In this document: one piece after another, positions 37,880-49,611 of the stretch | Layout: each line of letters begins with the position of its first letter | How positions within the stretch are numbered: the first letter of the stretch is position 1 | Assembly: GCA_002344895.1 (NCBI GenBank) | Contig: DDUR01000101.1 | Coordinates: 64,623 to 128,622, forward strand | Reading direction: 5' to 3' | DNA from: Ignavibacteria bacterium UBA2333 | GTDB lineage: Bacteria; Bacteroidota; Ignavibacteria; Kapaibacteriales; Kapaibacteriaceae | Length of the DNA: 64,000 bases | Notes under the pieces: model-generated | Seen by the model: only the letters and a program-made list of their open reading frames with translations | Database searches by the model: none | Told to the model about the DNA's origin: nothing | Position numbers and translations under genes: made by a program

Positions 37880-39028
37880 ATGTTCTCACTCGAGCTCTCC
37901 GAAACGCATGAAATGATTCGCCAAACGGCCCGCCAATTCGCTCAAGATGAGGTAGCCCCGACGGCCGTTGAACGCGATAAGTCTGGTGAGTTTCCTATGG
38001 AAATCGTCAGAAAAATGGGCGAACTAGGATTTATGGGAATGATGGTAGATCCCGAATGGGGCGGTTCTGGCCTCGATGCGTTGAGCTACGTCATCGCCAT
38101 GGAAGAAATCAGCAAGGTTGATGCTTCCGTTGGTGTGGTAATGTCCGTGAACAATTCGCTTGTTAACTGGGGTATTCAGACATACGGTTCGGACGCTCAG
38201 AAAGAGCGATTCCTCAAGCCACTTGCTGCTGGAACTGTTCACGGAGCATTTTGTTTGTCAGAACCCGAAGCCGGGAGTGATGCTACATCTCAGCATACAA
38301 CTGCCGAGAAGGTTGATGGCGGCTGGGTCTTGAACGGTACAAAGAACTGGATCACAAACGGAACGACAGCTCAGACCTATCTCGTGATGGCGCAGACAAA
38401 TCGTGAACTCCGCCATAAGGGAATCACGTGCTTTATTATCGATCGGAATTCCGAGGGCTTTGAACCTGGCTTAAAGGAAGACAAACTCGGTATTCGCTCG
38501 AGTGACACGTGCTCCATTGGTCTGACTAATGTGTTTGTTCCCGATGATCAGATCCTCGGTGAAGTTGGCCAAGGGTTTCGTATCGCAATGGAGTCCCTGA
38601 ACGGCGGCCGAATTGGTATTGCTGCGCAAGCTCTCGGTATTGCAACAGGCGCTTTCGAAGCTGCACTCGCCTATTCACAGCAGCGCAAGGCGTTTGGAAA
38701 GCCGATTGCCGACCTTCAGGCTATTCAGTTAAAACTTGCCGATATGGCTACAAAGGTGGAAGCTTCACGTATGCTCGTGTACAAGAGTGCGTGGATGAAG
38801 GATATGCACCTTGATTACATCAAGGCAGCCGCACAAGCTAAACTGATGGCCTCCACGACGGCTGTTCAGGTTGCACTGGACGCCATTCAAGTGCATGGCG
38901 GTTACGGATACGTGCGTGAATATCTTGTTGAGCGTTTTCTGCGTGATGCTAAGATCACAGAGATCTACGAGGGCACAAGCGAAATTCAGCACATCGTAAT
39001 CGCACGCGAGCTCGTCAAGGGCAAATAA
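37880..39028 (+). CDS. acyl-CoA dehydrogenase (short/medium-chain type)
   Basis: Start MFSLELSETHEMIRQ; ACAD family architecture with C-terminal catalytic Glu region; ORF-track 5' extension considered spurious. Confidence 0.85.
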   Translation: MFSLELSETHEMIRQTARQFAQDEVAPTAVERDKSGEFPMEIVRKMGELGFMGMMVDPEWGGSGLDALSYVIAMEEISKVDASVGVVMSVNNSLVNWGIQTYGSDAQKERFLKPLAAGTVHGAFCLSEPEAGSDATSQHTTAEKVDGGWVLNGTKNWITNGTTAQTYLVMAQTNRELRHKGITCFIIDRNSEGFEPGLKEDKLGIRSSDTCSIGLTNVFVPDDQILGEVGQGFRIAMESLNGGRIGIAAQALGIATGAFEAALAYSQQRKAFGKPIADLQAIQLKLADMATKVEASRMLVYKSAWMKDMHLDYIKAAAQAKLMASTTAVQVALDAIQVHGGYGYVREYLVERFLRDAKITEIYEGTSEIQHIVIARELVKGK

Positions 39029-39034
39029 GCACGT

Positions 39035-42000
39035 CTACGGGAGTCGAGCACCAATCTTGATCTCCCAGTCGCGCTGGTTTCGCGTAACGTTCCCCGTCTG
39101 GTTAACACTTCGTGAGAAGTCGATAAGGAAGTACTTCAGTGCCTCGGTATCACCGAGCGCACTGAGCGGCAGCGTTACCGTAAACGTCGAGTTACCCGTG
39201 ATGTCGCCAATCGATCCGCTCACGCGATACATCACGTCGCCAAAGAGCTGACCGGAGACTGTGACGCGTGATTGTGAGATATCCGCACCAATATCGATCT
39301 GCGTGGATTGAATGATACCGACGTCGGCCAACAGGTCGCTCAGGACATTCGTAGCTGCGGCTGATAACGATGAGTTGATCTCTGTCACGATGTTACCCTG
39401 ACCCGATTGCGCCAACTCGTCCTGTGTTCGTCCAACGAGGATGAGTGTTAAAGCATCACCGGCAATCTTTGTCGAATCTCCAGGTTGCTCTCTGTCGTTC
39501 CGGAAGATCTTAAAACTAAGATGTGGTTTTGTTTTTGTACCAGTGATTCGGATTTCAACACGGAACTCCTCTCGATGAGGGTTATCCGTGCCCGATCCTA
39601 CGTATCGAGAATCCTTGTACACAGCGAGCAGATCAAGGGCGGGATCAGTCATCCCTCCACGCGAGAAGTCCAGTGTTCCGCTAGCTGAGAATGGCTTAAA
39701 GAACTTATATGACGATGCTCCTTCTTTTACACGAACGCGTCCTGAGAGCGCGGTGGAATTATCAATAAACTTACCGGTGAAGACGAGTGGATCACGACGA
39801 TCAACAAGTTCGAGATCGGCAATGAGGACTTCGGTTAAACCGAGATCCATTGTCAAAATGGTGCGGCCCTCAATGTAGATGTCGAGGTCAAAATTGAGAA
39901 TGTCGGCAAAACTTCCGGCAGATGTGCGTACAACATTCTCTACAACTTGTTCAATCGACGAGCTGTCGCGCCGGACCTTCGTGGAATCGTTCGCGGCCGA
40001 TGTATCGACTTCACGTCCAATGTTAGCGATCTTCCGTGTAGATCGTACATAGTCAAAAACGCTGGAATACTTATCGCGCGAAGAATCACGATGTGAGATG
40101 TAGTCAAACGATGTGAGTTTACGTTTTGTGGTCGACCTCTCCTTGGGCCAGATCATGTTACCATAGAGAATGACAATGTCGCCTTCAAGATTGGGAGCAT
40201 CTAGCGGTCCATACAGTCGAATGGGTCGATTATCATGTGTTGCAATCTGCAGATCACCATAGACGGTAGGGCTTGTAACGGCCGAAGCCATGTTCATCAC
40301 GGCTATCCCAGGTGAGCGTAATGTGAAGTCCATCTCGCTGACGGCAAGTCCGTCAAACGTGATCTTCCCGGTTGCGCGAGCAATACCCGTCCGCATATCG
40401 CGCTGGAGATTCTTCACAACAAGTGTGTCGAAGATCAGTTCATTACCTTCAAGTCGAAGTGATCCGTACGACGTGTAATACATGTTCGTGGAGGAGGCCA
40501 GGAAACTTGCATTCTCGTATCTGGCTGCTCCCTGGAAGGTAACATCTTCAGGTATTGTTCCGCGAACACTCACCTTCCCATCGGCCGTGCCTCGCACACG
40601 TGTCACGGCTGGTAGGAATGGTTCCACGGCTGCAAGGGATAGCTGTCGAGCTTCTACCGTTACGTCAATAGGTTGTCCATCAACGAGCCGTTGTTCAACC
40701 GAAGCGAAGGCAAGATCAAGAGGAAGTGATGTAACAACAATGTTGAGTGTCTTTTCCTGCGTAACAAGACGATCGTCGACAACGGATGCAGTACCAGTAA
40801 CCCGACGGTTCTCATGACGGAGGTCCGTTCGTAGTACACCAATAACTTCTCCGTTATATGCGAGGTCAGATGCCTCCAGTGTCGAAGCGATAACTGGTTG
40901 TTCCCACGTTCCGTTCACCGTTGTGGTGGATGTTGTTACAAATCCATCTACAAGTGAAGCAGGATGATCGTCGGCGAAGTCAACAAAGAGTCGTGCGTCC
41001 CGTAATGGGAAACGCTCAACTCGTACAGTAAAGTCGCGAAAGTCCTCGAACGAAAAAGCGCCTTGAACATATATTGTCTCACTTCCGTCACGACGTAGTG
41101 TAAGGTCCTGTAAAGTAAACAGCCCCTTTTGCGCCATAACACGAGCAACTTGTGATGTGTGCCATCTCAACCCACGTTGTGCGTTCAAGGTATATGCGAG
41201 TGTGTCTACATCCAGAATTGTATTCTCATCGCTAAACGTAAGAGCTCCGCGAATGAGTGCGGACATGCCGTCAACTGATGCAGAGGCATAAATAGCGCCA
41301 CCGCTCTCGGCAAGGGCAACATCCACTGTTGGGAATCGGATATCCGTGCCGTTGATGACGAGAGAACTGTCAACATTCCCTTTGACGGTAAATCGTTCAA
41401 CGATGGGCGATGACAAGAGGTCTGTAATCACAATGTCGGTTGATGTATGGAGTGGATCAGCAGCTATCGACAATGTCGACGCCTCCAGTCGGAAATCATC
41501 GACGTCGGCTGTATCAATGAGTATGGCAATTCGATCATAATCAACAGCAAATCTGCCGCGGAACCTACCAGATGCCGATAATCCTATGTCGGGTAAGAAC
41601 ATGTTTACGGGTGAGACATCTGCAATGTCTGCCGAGATGGAAACATCAAGTTGCTGTAAGGGGGCAGTAAGGGGCTGCAGAACTGCGGTATCACCAACAA
41701 TATCAGAGGAACGTGTTTTGATAACATCACTTACGGTTGTTACTGCAACAACCATTCCGTCCACGAGTGTCGATGTACGAAAGACACCATCAATGTTGAT
41801 GGTTGCGAAGTCAGTCGCAATTGACAAATGGCGTTGAACGGAGTCATCACTCATCGATACGCTGACGGCAAAGGGACGCATCGCGCGGTCATTCAGCCCA
41901 AGCTCCCAAACATTGCCTTGTATTGAACCAAGAATGGAATCAATGTCCAGTCCCGACGTTGACGTTGTGACATCAAGGCTTAACCGATTCGGCATTGCTG

Positions 42001-43816
42001 CATCTCGGAGGAGATTCGAAAGGTTTAGTCCTTCGGTTCGTAATCGAAGATTTGTTGACACCGTATTCTTCACGTCGATTACGCCTCGCACGTCAATCCG
42101 CTGCCGGTCGTAATCATCAATGTAGGAGACGTCAACATCATCAACCATCTGCGTTGAATCTGATGAACGTTCGGTATACGGTGTAAGATCAACAACGAGT
42201 GTGTCGATATAGATATTCCCCGAGTCTACACGTAGCCTGCTGGTTGCTGATCGGATTTGACGTCCTTCCATTACTGACCGACGAAGATCTACGTCGTAGA
42301 CCCCTGACATCGTAGCGAGATCAAATCCCCTACCCCGAATGTGTACCATGCCTTGAATATCTGTGATTGGCAATGTTGAGTCTCGTGAAAGACGCTCAAG
42401 ATGACCACCGTCCACCGTTGCGTCGAGGCGGTATCCGAGTTCAGCTTCCTTGAGATAGAGCGACATCGTGCCAACAACATGTCCAACAGCCTCGGATATG
42501 TCAAGGTCAAAATGTAATGAGTCGTCAGGCTGACCTCGAAGCCTCACGGATCGAAGTGATGTTGTGGTAAGGAAGTCTATGGGTGGCAGGGGAACAAAAC
42601 CAAGACGGGAACGGACATCAGCATAGTTAGCTGTCGAATTCTTCACGGTAATGTCCAGCATAATTGGTGCTGAGCCATCAATGTTGCGAATGTGCGCATC
42701 CGTCATGAGTATGTTAGGTCCACCAACAACTCGTGCATTCACAACACTCAAGTCTTTTCCGTCAAGAACAATATCACCAGTCAGTGAGTACGTGCCGCGT
42801 AGATCCACGTCACGCACAAAAAATCGAACATCCGGACCCCACACACTGTCAGCATCAATCACACCACGTATCGGATGTCGGCGTAGAACGTCTGTTGTGA
42901 GACCATCACGGATATCAACATCACGGAGGTTTGCAGAAACGCGAACATCACTCCGATCTGTTTTCACGTGGAGAAAGGGAACCTCAACTCCGTGAGGTGA
43001 AACATGTGCTACGGCCGAGAATTCTTGTATCGATAGATCACTGTAACGGTTGACAAACGAAAGCTTGTCAATGGCAATGGAGTAGTCTGCGTCGCGGAGC
43101 TTTGCGCGGCCTCGGGCACTGATATTCACATCAGACAATGATGCGTGTCCAGGATCAAACTGGTCATGAATTCCCCACTCCGTTGTGCGGTCATTCACCA
43201 CGAGAGATCCGTCAACAATTTCAACAGATCGAACGACAATTGTCAGATTTGGCGGTTCGGTAGTAGTTGTGTCTTCTTTTGGACGGATGATTCTGTTGAC
43301 ATTCCATGTCGAATCCGATAGTCGACGTTCGACAAATACGATTGGGCGAATGATGCGCACAGCATCAATAACTACCATGTTCTGTAAAAGTGGTGGCAGT
43401 TCGTATGCGAGTTCAATACGCTCAGCATCAAGAACTGTCACACTGTCTACAAAGAGCTGCGGATGATCTAGAACAATACCATGAAGGAGGTTGATATGAA
43501 TATCGTCAACAGTTACCGTTCCGAGTAACATACCATTGATAGATCGCAGAGCAGCTTCCTTTGTCCACTGACGGAAGGCATCTGTCTGTGAGACCACGAC
43601 AAGAAGGGCGCAGAGAATGACGAATGAACCCGTCAGCCTCCACGTCCAGCGTATAAGAAAGGCCGCTGCCCGGCGCCACCATGGACGTCGGACGGCGGCC
43701 TCGCCTTCCGGTCGTATCGTCGTCGTCTTATTCTCCTTGAGCTTTTGAGAATCGTGGCTGACCGTTTGCGTCCTGGAGCAGTTCCACGTGCATCCATGTG
43801 AGCCCTTGAGCATCAA
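39035..43816 (-). CDS. TamB-like translocation and assembly module protein (1593 aa)
   Basis: N-terminal TM anchor (RRPWWRRAAAFLIRW..), long beta-rich DUF490-like body; only in-frame ATG overlaps the 3' end of the upstream gene by 88 nt. Confidence 0.65.
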   Translation of the reverse strand: MMLKGSHGCTWNCSRTQTVSHDSQKLKENKTTTIRPEGEAAVRRPWWRRAAAFLIRWTWRLTGSFVILCALLVVVSQTDAFRQWTKEAALRSINGMLLGTVTVDDIHINLLHGIVLDHPQLFVDSVTVLDAERIELAYELPPLLQNMVVIDAVRIIRPIVFVERRLSDSTWNVNRIIRPKEDTTTTEPPNLTIVVRSVEIVDGSLVVNDRTTEWGIHDQFDPGHASLSDVNISARGRAKLRDADYSIAIDKLSFVNRYSDLSIQEFSAVAHVSPHGVEVPFLHVKTDRSDVRVSANLRDVDIRDGLTTDVLRRHPIRGVIDADSVWGPDVRFFVRDVDLRGTYSLTGDIVLDGKDLSVVNARVVGGPNILMTDAHIRNIDGSAPIMLDITVKNSTANYADVRSRLGFVPLPPIDFLTTTSLRSVRLRGQPDDSLHFDLDISEAVGHVVGTMSLYLKEAELGYRLDATVDGGHLERLSRDSTLPITDIQGMVHIRGRGFDLATMSGVYDVDLRRSVMEGRQIRSATSRLRVDSGNIYIDTLVVDLTPYTERSSDSTQMVDDVDVSYIDDYDRQRIDVRGVIDVKNTVSTNLRLRTEGLNLSNLLRDAAMPNRLSLDVTTSTSGLDIDSILGSIQGNVWELGLNDRAMRPFAVSVSMSDDSVQRHLSIATDFATINIDGVFRTSTLVDGMVVAVTTVSDVIKTRSSDIVGDTAVLQPLTAPLQQLDVSISADIADVSPVNMFLPDIGLSASGRFRGRFAVDYDRIAILIDTADVDDFRLEASTLSIAADPLHTSTDIVITDLLSSPIVERFTVKGNVDSSLVINGTDIRFPTVDVALAESGGAIYASASVDGMSALIRGALTFSDENTILDVDTLAYTLNAQRGLRWHTSQVARVMAQKGLFTLQDLTLRRDGSETIYVQGAFSFEDFRDFTVRVERFPLRDARLFVDFADDHPASLVDGFVTTSTTTVNGTWEQPVIASTLEASDLAYNGEVIGVLRTDLRHENRRVTGTASVVDDRLVTQEKTLNIVVTSLPLDLAFASVEQRLVDGQPIDVTVEARQLSLAAVEPFLPAVTRVRGTADGKVSVRGTIPEDVTFQGAARYENASFLASSTNMYYTSYGSLRLEGNELIFDTLVVKNLQRDMRTGIARATGKITFDGLAVSEMDFTLRSPGIAVMNMASAVTSPTVYGDLQIATHDNRPIRLYGPLDAPNLEGDIVILYGNMIWPKERSTTKRKLTSFDYISHRDSSRDKYSSVFDYVRSTRKIANIGREVDTSAANDSTKVRRDSSSIEQVVENVVRTSAGSFADILNFDLDIYIEGRTILTMDLGLTEVLIADLELVDRRDPLVFTGKFIDNSTALSGRVRVKEGASSYKFFKPFSASGTLDFSRGGMTDPALDLLAVYKDSRYVGSGTDNPHREEFRVEIRITGTKTKPHLSFKIFRNDREQPGDSTKIAGDALTLILVGRTQDELAQSGQGNIVTEINSSLSAAATNVLSDLLADVGIIQSTQIDIGADISQSRVTVSGQLFGDVMYRVSGSIGDITGNSTFTVTLPLSALGDTEALKYFLIDFSRSVNQTGNVTRNQRDWEIKIGARLP

Positions 43817-45116
43817 TGTGCGTCAGCAGGTTCAGAATGTCTGTTCGTGTTACGGCTGTTTCGGCAATGTAGCGGCAACGATGATGGTCAACAATCAGAA
43901 TGTCGGGAGTTGGCCCCGGCCATACCTTCGTACCACGATTACTCATGAGTCGAAGTGTAAACGGCCCAACCGTTTCAGGCATTGGTGGAAGTCCACCTTG
44001 ATAGTCAACAAAAACATCGGCACCACGCAGTGTCCATGTCTCCGTGACTTCCGGCAGTGCATGGGCTGCTGGGAGACTTGGAGGTGTTGAAGGGGCTGCC
44101 GCCTCCGGCGCAACGGGGCGAAGATTGGCAATAATGGCCGCCGTAAACTCGGACGTCGACGCACTACCACCGAGATCACGCGTTTTTACACCAGCACCGA
44201 GTGTTGCCGTGAGTGCGTCGGCGATTGATGCTGCGTGATTTACGAGTCCCATGTACTGTAACATCTGGACAGACGACAGCAAGATTGCCGTTGGATTTGC
44301 GAGACCCTTCCCGGCAATGTCTGGTGCTGATCCGTGAACGGCTTCAAACACGGCACAGTCGCGTCCGATGTTTCCACCAGGTGCTACACCAAGTCCACCA
44401 ACAATTCCAGCACAGAGATCGCTGACAATGTCGCCGTAGAGATTTGGTAACACGAGAACGTCAAACTGTTCAGGTCTCGACACGAGCTGCATACAGCAAT
44501 TGTCGACGATGATGTCATCGGCTTCGATGTCTGTGTACTCTGCGGCAACCTGACGGAAGACTTCCAGCCACAGTCCATCGGTAATCTTGTGAATGTTTGC
44601 CTTGTGAACACACGTCACACGCTTCCGCCCGGTTTTGCGCGCTTCATCAAAGGCAAAACGAATCGCAGCCATTGAACCTTGACGTGTGATAAGCTTCAGA
44701 CATTGAGCAACGTTTGGCGTCTGGAAGTGCTCAATGCCGGCATACGTGTCTTCAATGTTCTCGCGGATAACCAGAAGGTCAACATTTTTAAAACGTGTTT
44801 CAACGGCCGGCATACTCCGTGCAAGTCGCACGTTTGCGAAGAGTTCAAGAGCCTTCCGAATGGTAACGTTCACACTCTTATGTCCACCACCAATCGGCGT
44901 TGTTGTTGGCCCCTTCAGGGCAACGGCATTACGCTTAATGGACGCAAGTGTCTCCGGCGGTACACCGTTTCCTGTGCGCTCGATGGCACCAAGACCAGCT
45001 TCAACACGTTCCCATGTTATGGGGACATTTGCAGCTTCAAAAATCTGCACAACGGACGCGCAGATTTCCGGTCCAATTCCATCACCTTCAATCAGTGTTA
45101 CGGTGCGATTCGACAT
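43728..45116 (-). CDS. isocitrate/isopropylmalate dehydrogenase family (isocitrate-dehydrogenase-like) with ~130-aa C-terminal extension
   Basis: N-terminal TLIEGDGIGPE, SVNVTIRKALELFANVR motifs; catalytic domain ~332 aa followed by Pro/Ala linker and extra domain. Confidence 0.7.
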   Translation of the reverse strand: MSNRTVTLIEGDGIGPEICASVVQIFEAANVPITWERVEAGLGAIERTGNGVPPETLASIKRNAVALKGPTTTPIGGGHKSVNVTIRKALELFANVRLARSMPAVETRFKNVDLLVIRENIEDTYAGIEHFQTPNVAQCLKLITRQGSMAAIRFAFDEARKTGRKRVTCVHKANIHKITDGLWLEVFRQVAAEYTDIEADDIIVDNCCMQLVSRPEQFDVLVLPNLYGDIVSDLCAGIVGGLGVAPGGNIGRDCAVFEAVHGSAPDIAGKGLANPTAILLSSVQMLQYMGLVNHAASIADALTATLGAGVKTRDLGGSASTSEFTAAIIANLRPVAPEAAAPSTPPSLPAAHALPEVTETWTLRGADVFVDYQGGLPPMPETVGPFTLRLMSNRGTKVWPGPTPDILIVDHHRCRYIAETAVTRTDILNLLTHIDAQGLTWMHVELLQDANGQPRFSKAQGE

Positions 45117-45258
45117 TCCTACATCCTGGAGTTCGTGAAACGTTGTGTACGTGAGAAAGTTAGCACGAGGGATGTCCCTCGAAGATCAGCGGAAGACTGT
45201 TCGGACTCACTAAACAGAAGTATGACCTTGTTCACTGAGCGAACGATGCTCCGTTCGA

Positions 45259-46428
45259 TTACAGTCGCTCTACAACGACAGCCGAGGCTTCGCCGCCACC
45301 GATACACAGTGTGGCGAGTCCGTACCGTCCACCGGTGCGCTGCAGGCCATGGAGTAGCGTCACAAGAACACGAGCTCCGCTTGCACCAATAGGATGTCCA
45401 AGAGCAACAGCTCCTCCAGCGACGTTAACCTTACCGTGGTCGAGACCGAGTTTTTGTTCGGCAGCAAGAACAACAACGGCAAAGGCCTCGTTAATCTCAA
45501 AAAGGTCAATATCAGCAAGTGTAAGACCTGCCTTGGCCACAACACGTTCAATTGCTGTCACTGGCGACGTTGTGAACCATAATGGATCTTGTGCAAACGA
45601 CGCCTGGGCTACAATGCGTGCCATTGGCTTGAGGCCATGAGACTTTACCGCTGATTCAGAAGCAATAACAAGGGCTGCCGCGCCATCGTTGATGGATGAA
45701 GCATTGGCAGCTGTTACCGTCCCGTCCTTTTTGAACGTTGGCTTCAGCGTAGGGATCTTATCGAAAATGACACGGCCGGGTTCCTCATCCGTGTCAACAA
45801 CGATGTCCCCCTTTCGCCCCTTAACCGTCACCGGAGCGATTTCCTGTGTAAACCAGCCATCAGCAATGGCCTTCTGTGCGCGTGTGTAGGAATCGATAGT
45901 GAACGTGTCCTGCATATCGCGGGTAATGGCACATTCCGAAGCGCAGAGTTCTGCAGCGTCACCCATAGGTACTTGATTGTAGACATCCCACAAGCCATCC
46001 CACTGCATCAGGTCGACCATCCGGGCATTACCGAACTTCACACCTTTCCGCGAATCCAGCATTGCATGTGGAGCATTCGTCATTGACTCCTGACCACCGG
46101 CGACAATAACGTTTGCGTCACCACTACGAATGGCCTGGTCAGCCAGCATGGCGGCCTTTAATCCGGACCCGCAGACCTTGTTAATCGTCATCGCGTGTAC
46201 GGATTTAGGTAACCCAGCAAAAATTGTGGCCTGACGGGCTGGTGCCTGGCCTACACCGCCAGATAACACATTGCCCATAATGACTTCATCAACGTGTTCT
46301 CCGGCAATTCCGGCACGTTCAACGGCAGCGCGAATGGCTACGGCACCCAATTGGGGTGCTGAGAGGTCCTGTAAGGAACCAAGAAGTGAACCAATGGGTG
46401 TACGAGCGGCTGAAATGATGTAGGACAT
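45259..46428 (-). CDS. acetyl-CoA C-acetyltransferase (thiolase II)
   Basis: Active-site Cys region VNKVCGSGL, C-terminal GGGVAL..CIGGG motifs. Confidence 0.9.
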   Translation of the reverse strand: MSYIISAARTPIGSLLGSLQDLSAPQLGAVAIRAAVERAGIAGEHVDEVIMGNVLSGGVGQAPARQATIFAGLPKSVHAMTINKVCGSGLKAAMLADQAIRSGDANVIVAGGQESMTNAPHAMLDSRKGVKFGNARMVDLMQWDGLWDVYNQVPMGDAAELCASECAITRDMQDTFTIDSYTRAQKAIADGWFTQEIAPVTVKGRKGDIVVDTDEEPGRVIFDKIPTLKPTFKKDGTVTAANASSINDGAAALVIASESAVKSHGLKPMARIVAQASFAQDPLWFTTSPVTAIERVVAKAGLTLADIDLFEINEAFAVVVLAAEQKLGLDHGKVNVAGGAVALGHPIGASGARVLVTLLHGLQRTGGRYGLATLCIGGGEASAVVVERL

Positions 46429-46469
46429 GGTAAACGTCGCGTGTGTGGCTCAGATGAAAGGCGTTATAG

Positions 46470-48068
<1,599 letters not shown>

Positions 48069-48069
48069 T

Positions 48070-48483
48070 ATGACTGATCGCGTCCTCAACGTCTCCATCG
48101 TCACACCGCAATCAACAGCCTTTGTTGGTACAGCGCTTGCCGTGACGGTTCCAGGTTCAAAGAGTGCTTTTCAGGTACTCTACAATCACGCACCCATCAT
48201 CTCCTCCCTGGATATTGGTGTGCTCAAAATCGAAGATCCATCAAATCACATATCGGTCTTTGCCGTACGTGAAGGATTTGTTGAAGTCCTCAAGAATACT
48301 GTCAACATTGTTGTTAACGAACTCATCGCTGCAACAGAAATTGACACGTCAAAGGCAGAAGAGGACTATCGACTCGCACGTGAAACGTCGGATACACATC
48401 CGGATCGTCACCGCCGTGAGCAGGCCCGTAAAGAAGTCCACTGGGCCGAAGCACGACTACGAGCGGCTCGTATCGAGGTCTGA
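48070..48483 (+). CDS. atpC: F0F1 ATP synthase epsilon subunit
   Basis: Immediately after atpD; start MTDRVLNVSIVTPQ. Confidence 0.8.
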   Translation: MTDRVLNVSIVTPQSTAFVGTALAVTVPGSKSAFQVLYNHAPIISSLDIGVLKIEDPSNHISVFAVREGFVEVLKNTVNIVVNELIAATEIDTSKAEEDYRLARETSDTHPDRHRREQARKEVHWAEARLRAARIEV

Positions 48484-49530
48484 TACAATGGTTTTGGCGG
48501 CCATACCTACACCAATAAGTGTAGCGCTGGCATAACCGGTCCAGTTACCATAACCCACAAGATAAAGTCCAGGACAGTTCACAACGGCCGAATTCCGCAA
48601 AGGGATTCGGCCGTCTTCTGTTATCGTCAGGCAAGGGGCAAAGGGGCGCAAGGCTGGACGGAATCCCGTGGCGAAGATGACGTCATCGACATGCTCCTCT
48701 GTGCCATCACTCCAGATAACACCGGTTGCCGTAAATCGTTCAAACATCATCGTATGATGTAATCGTCCCCTGTCACGAAGTGCACGTAACGACGGTACCA
48801 TCACAATGTCGCCCAACGTCGACGTTGGTGTTGTGGCCGATCCAGATTCAATTGCCTTTCGTTTTAAAGATGCTGCGTCAAACAGCACACGACCGTCAAC
48901 ATCATCGGGAAGGAACGTTGGTGGTTCGCGAACACACCATGTTACATGAGCTACAGCATCGAGATCGGCAAAAATCTGTGCTCCTGAATTACCACCTCCA
49001 ACAACAATCACCCGGTGATTCTGAAAACCACGTTGAGATTCATTCTGATCATCTCCTGGGCCACCATAATGGCCACTATGGAGAATACGACCCGTATAGG
49101 AATCAATTCCGTCGATGTTGGGAAGGACTGGTTCTGACCACGTGCCAGTGCACCCCACAACGTGATCAGCTTCAAACGCGCCTTCTGATGTTTCGAGACG
49201 GAACCCATCATTGATAGGTGCAACAGAAACAACGTTTACGGGACGTCGGATATCAAATCCATACCGCTGCTCATACGAAGCCAGGTACGACAGTGCTTCG
49301 TCACGTGTGGGATAAAGGTCCTTTGTGGGTGGAAAGAACATTCCCGGTAGTGTCGATGCCTCACGAGGGGAAAAGAGAACCAGTGATGGCCACGTATGAC
49401 GCCATGCGCCTCCTGGTCCTTGTTCGGCATCTAACAACACGACGTCAGCAATTCCTGCCCGACGCAGTGTATAGGCTACAGCAAGTCCTGCTTGACCAGC
49501 ACCAACGATGATCCAGCTATGTCGTTCCAT
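48457..49530 (-). CDS. NAD(P)/FAD-dependent oxidoreductase (flavin monooxygenase/CzcO-like)
   Basis: Two dinucleotide-binding motifs (IVGAGQAGL, VVGGGNSGAQI); start placed at MERHSWIIVGAG. Confidence 0.7.
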   Translation of the reverse strand: MERHSWIIVGAGQAGLAVAYTLRRAGIADVVLLDAEQGPGGAWRHTWPSLVLFSPREASTLPGMFFPPTKDLYPTRDEALSYLASYEQRYGFDIRRPVNVVSVAPINDGFRLETSEGAFEADHVVGCTGTWSEPVLPNIDGIDSYTGRILHSGHYGGPGDDQNESQRGFQNHRVIVVGGGNSGAQIFADLDAVAHVTWCVREPPTFLPDDVDGRVLFDAASLKRKAIESGSATTPTSTLGDIVMVPSLRALRDRGRLHHTMMFERFTATGVIWSDGTEEHVDDVIFATGFRPALRPFAPCLTITEDGRIPLRNSAVVNCPGLYLVGYGNWTGYASATLIGVGMAAKTIVSDLDTSRS

Positions 49531-49611
49531 GACTGCGAACATCGCCAATGTCGACATCATTTGGCGTGACATCGTCACGCACACTGTGTACAACCTCTTC
49601 GTGTTGTATTT

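Noticed and set aside
45117-45258. Possible riboswitch or sRNA in the icd-thiolase intergenic region
   Set aside because: Only a short 7-bp hairpin (cgaggga-tg-tccctcg) is visible. No conserved riboswitch-like architecture is recognisable by eye.
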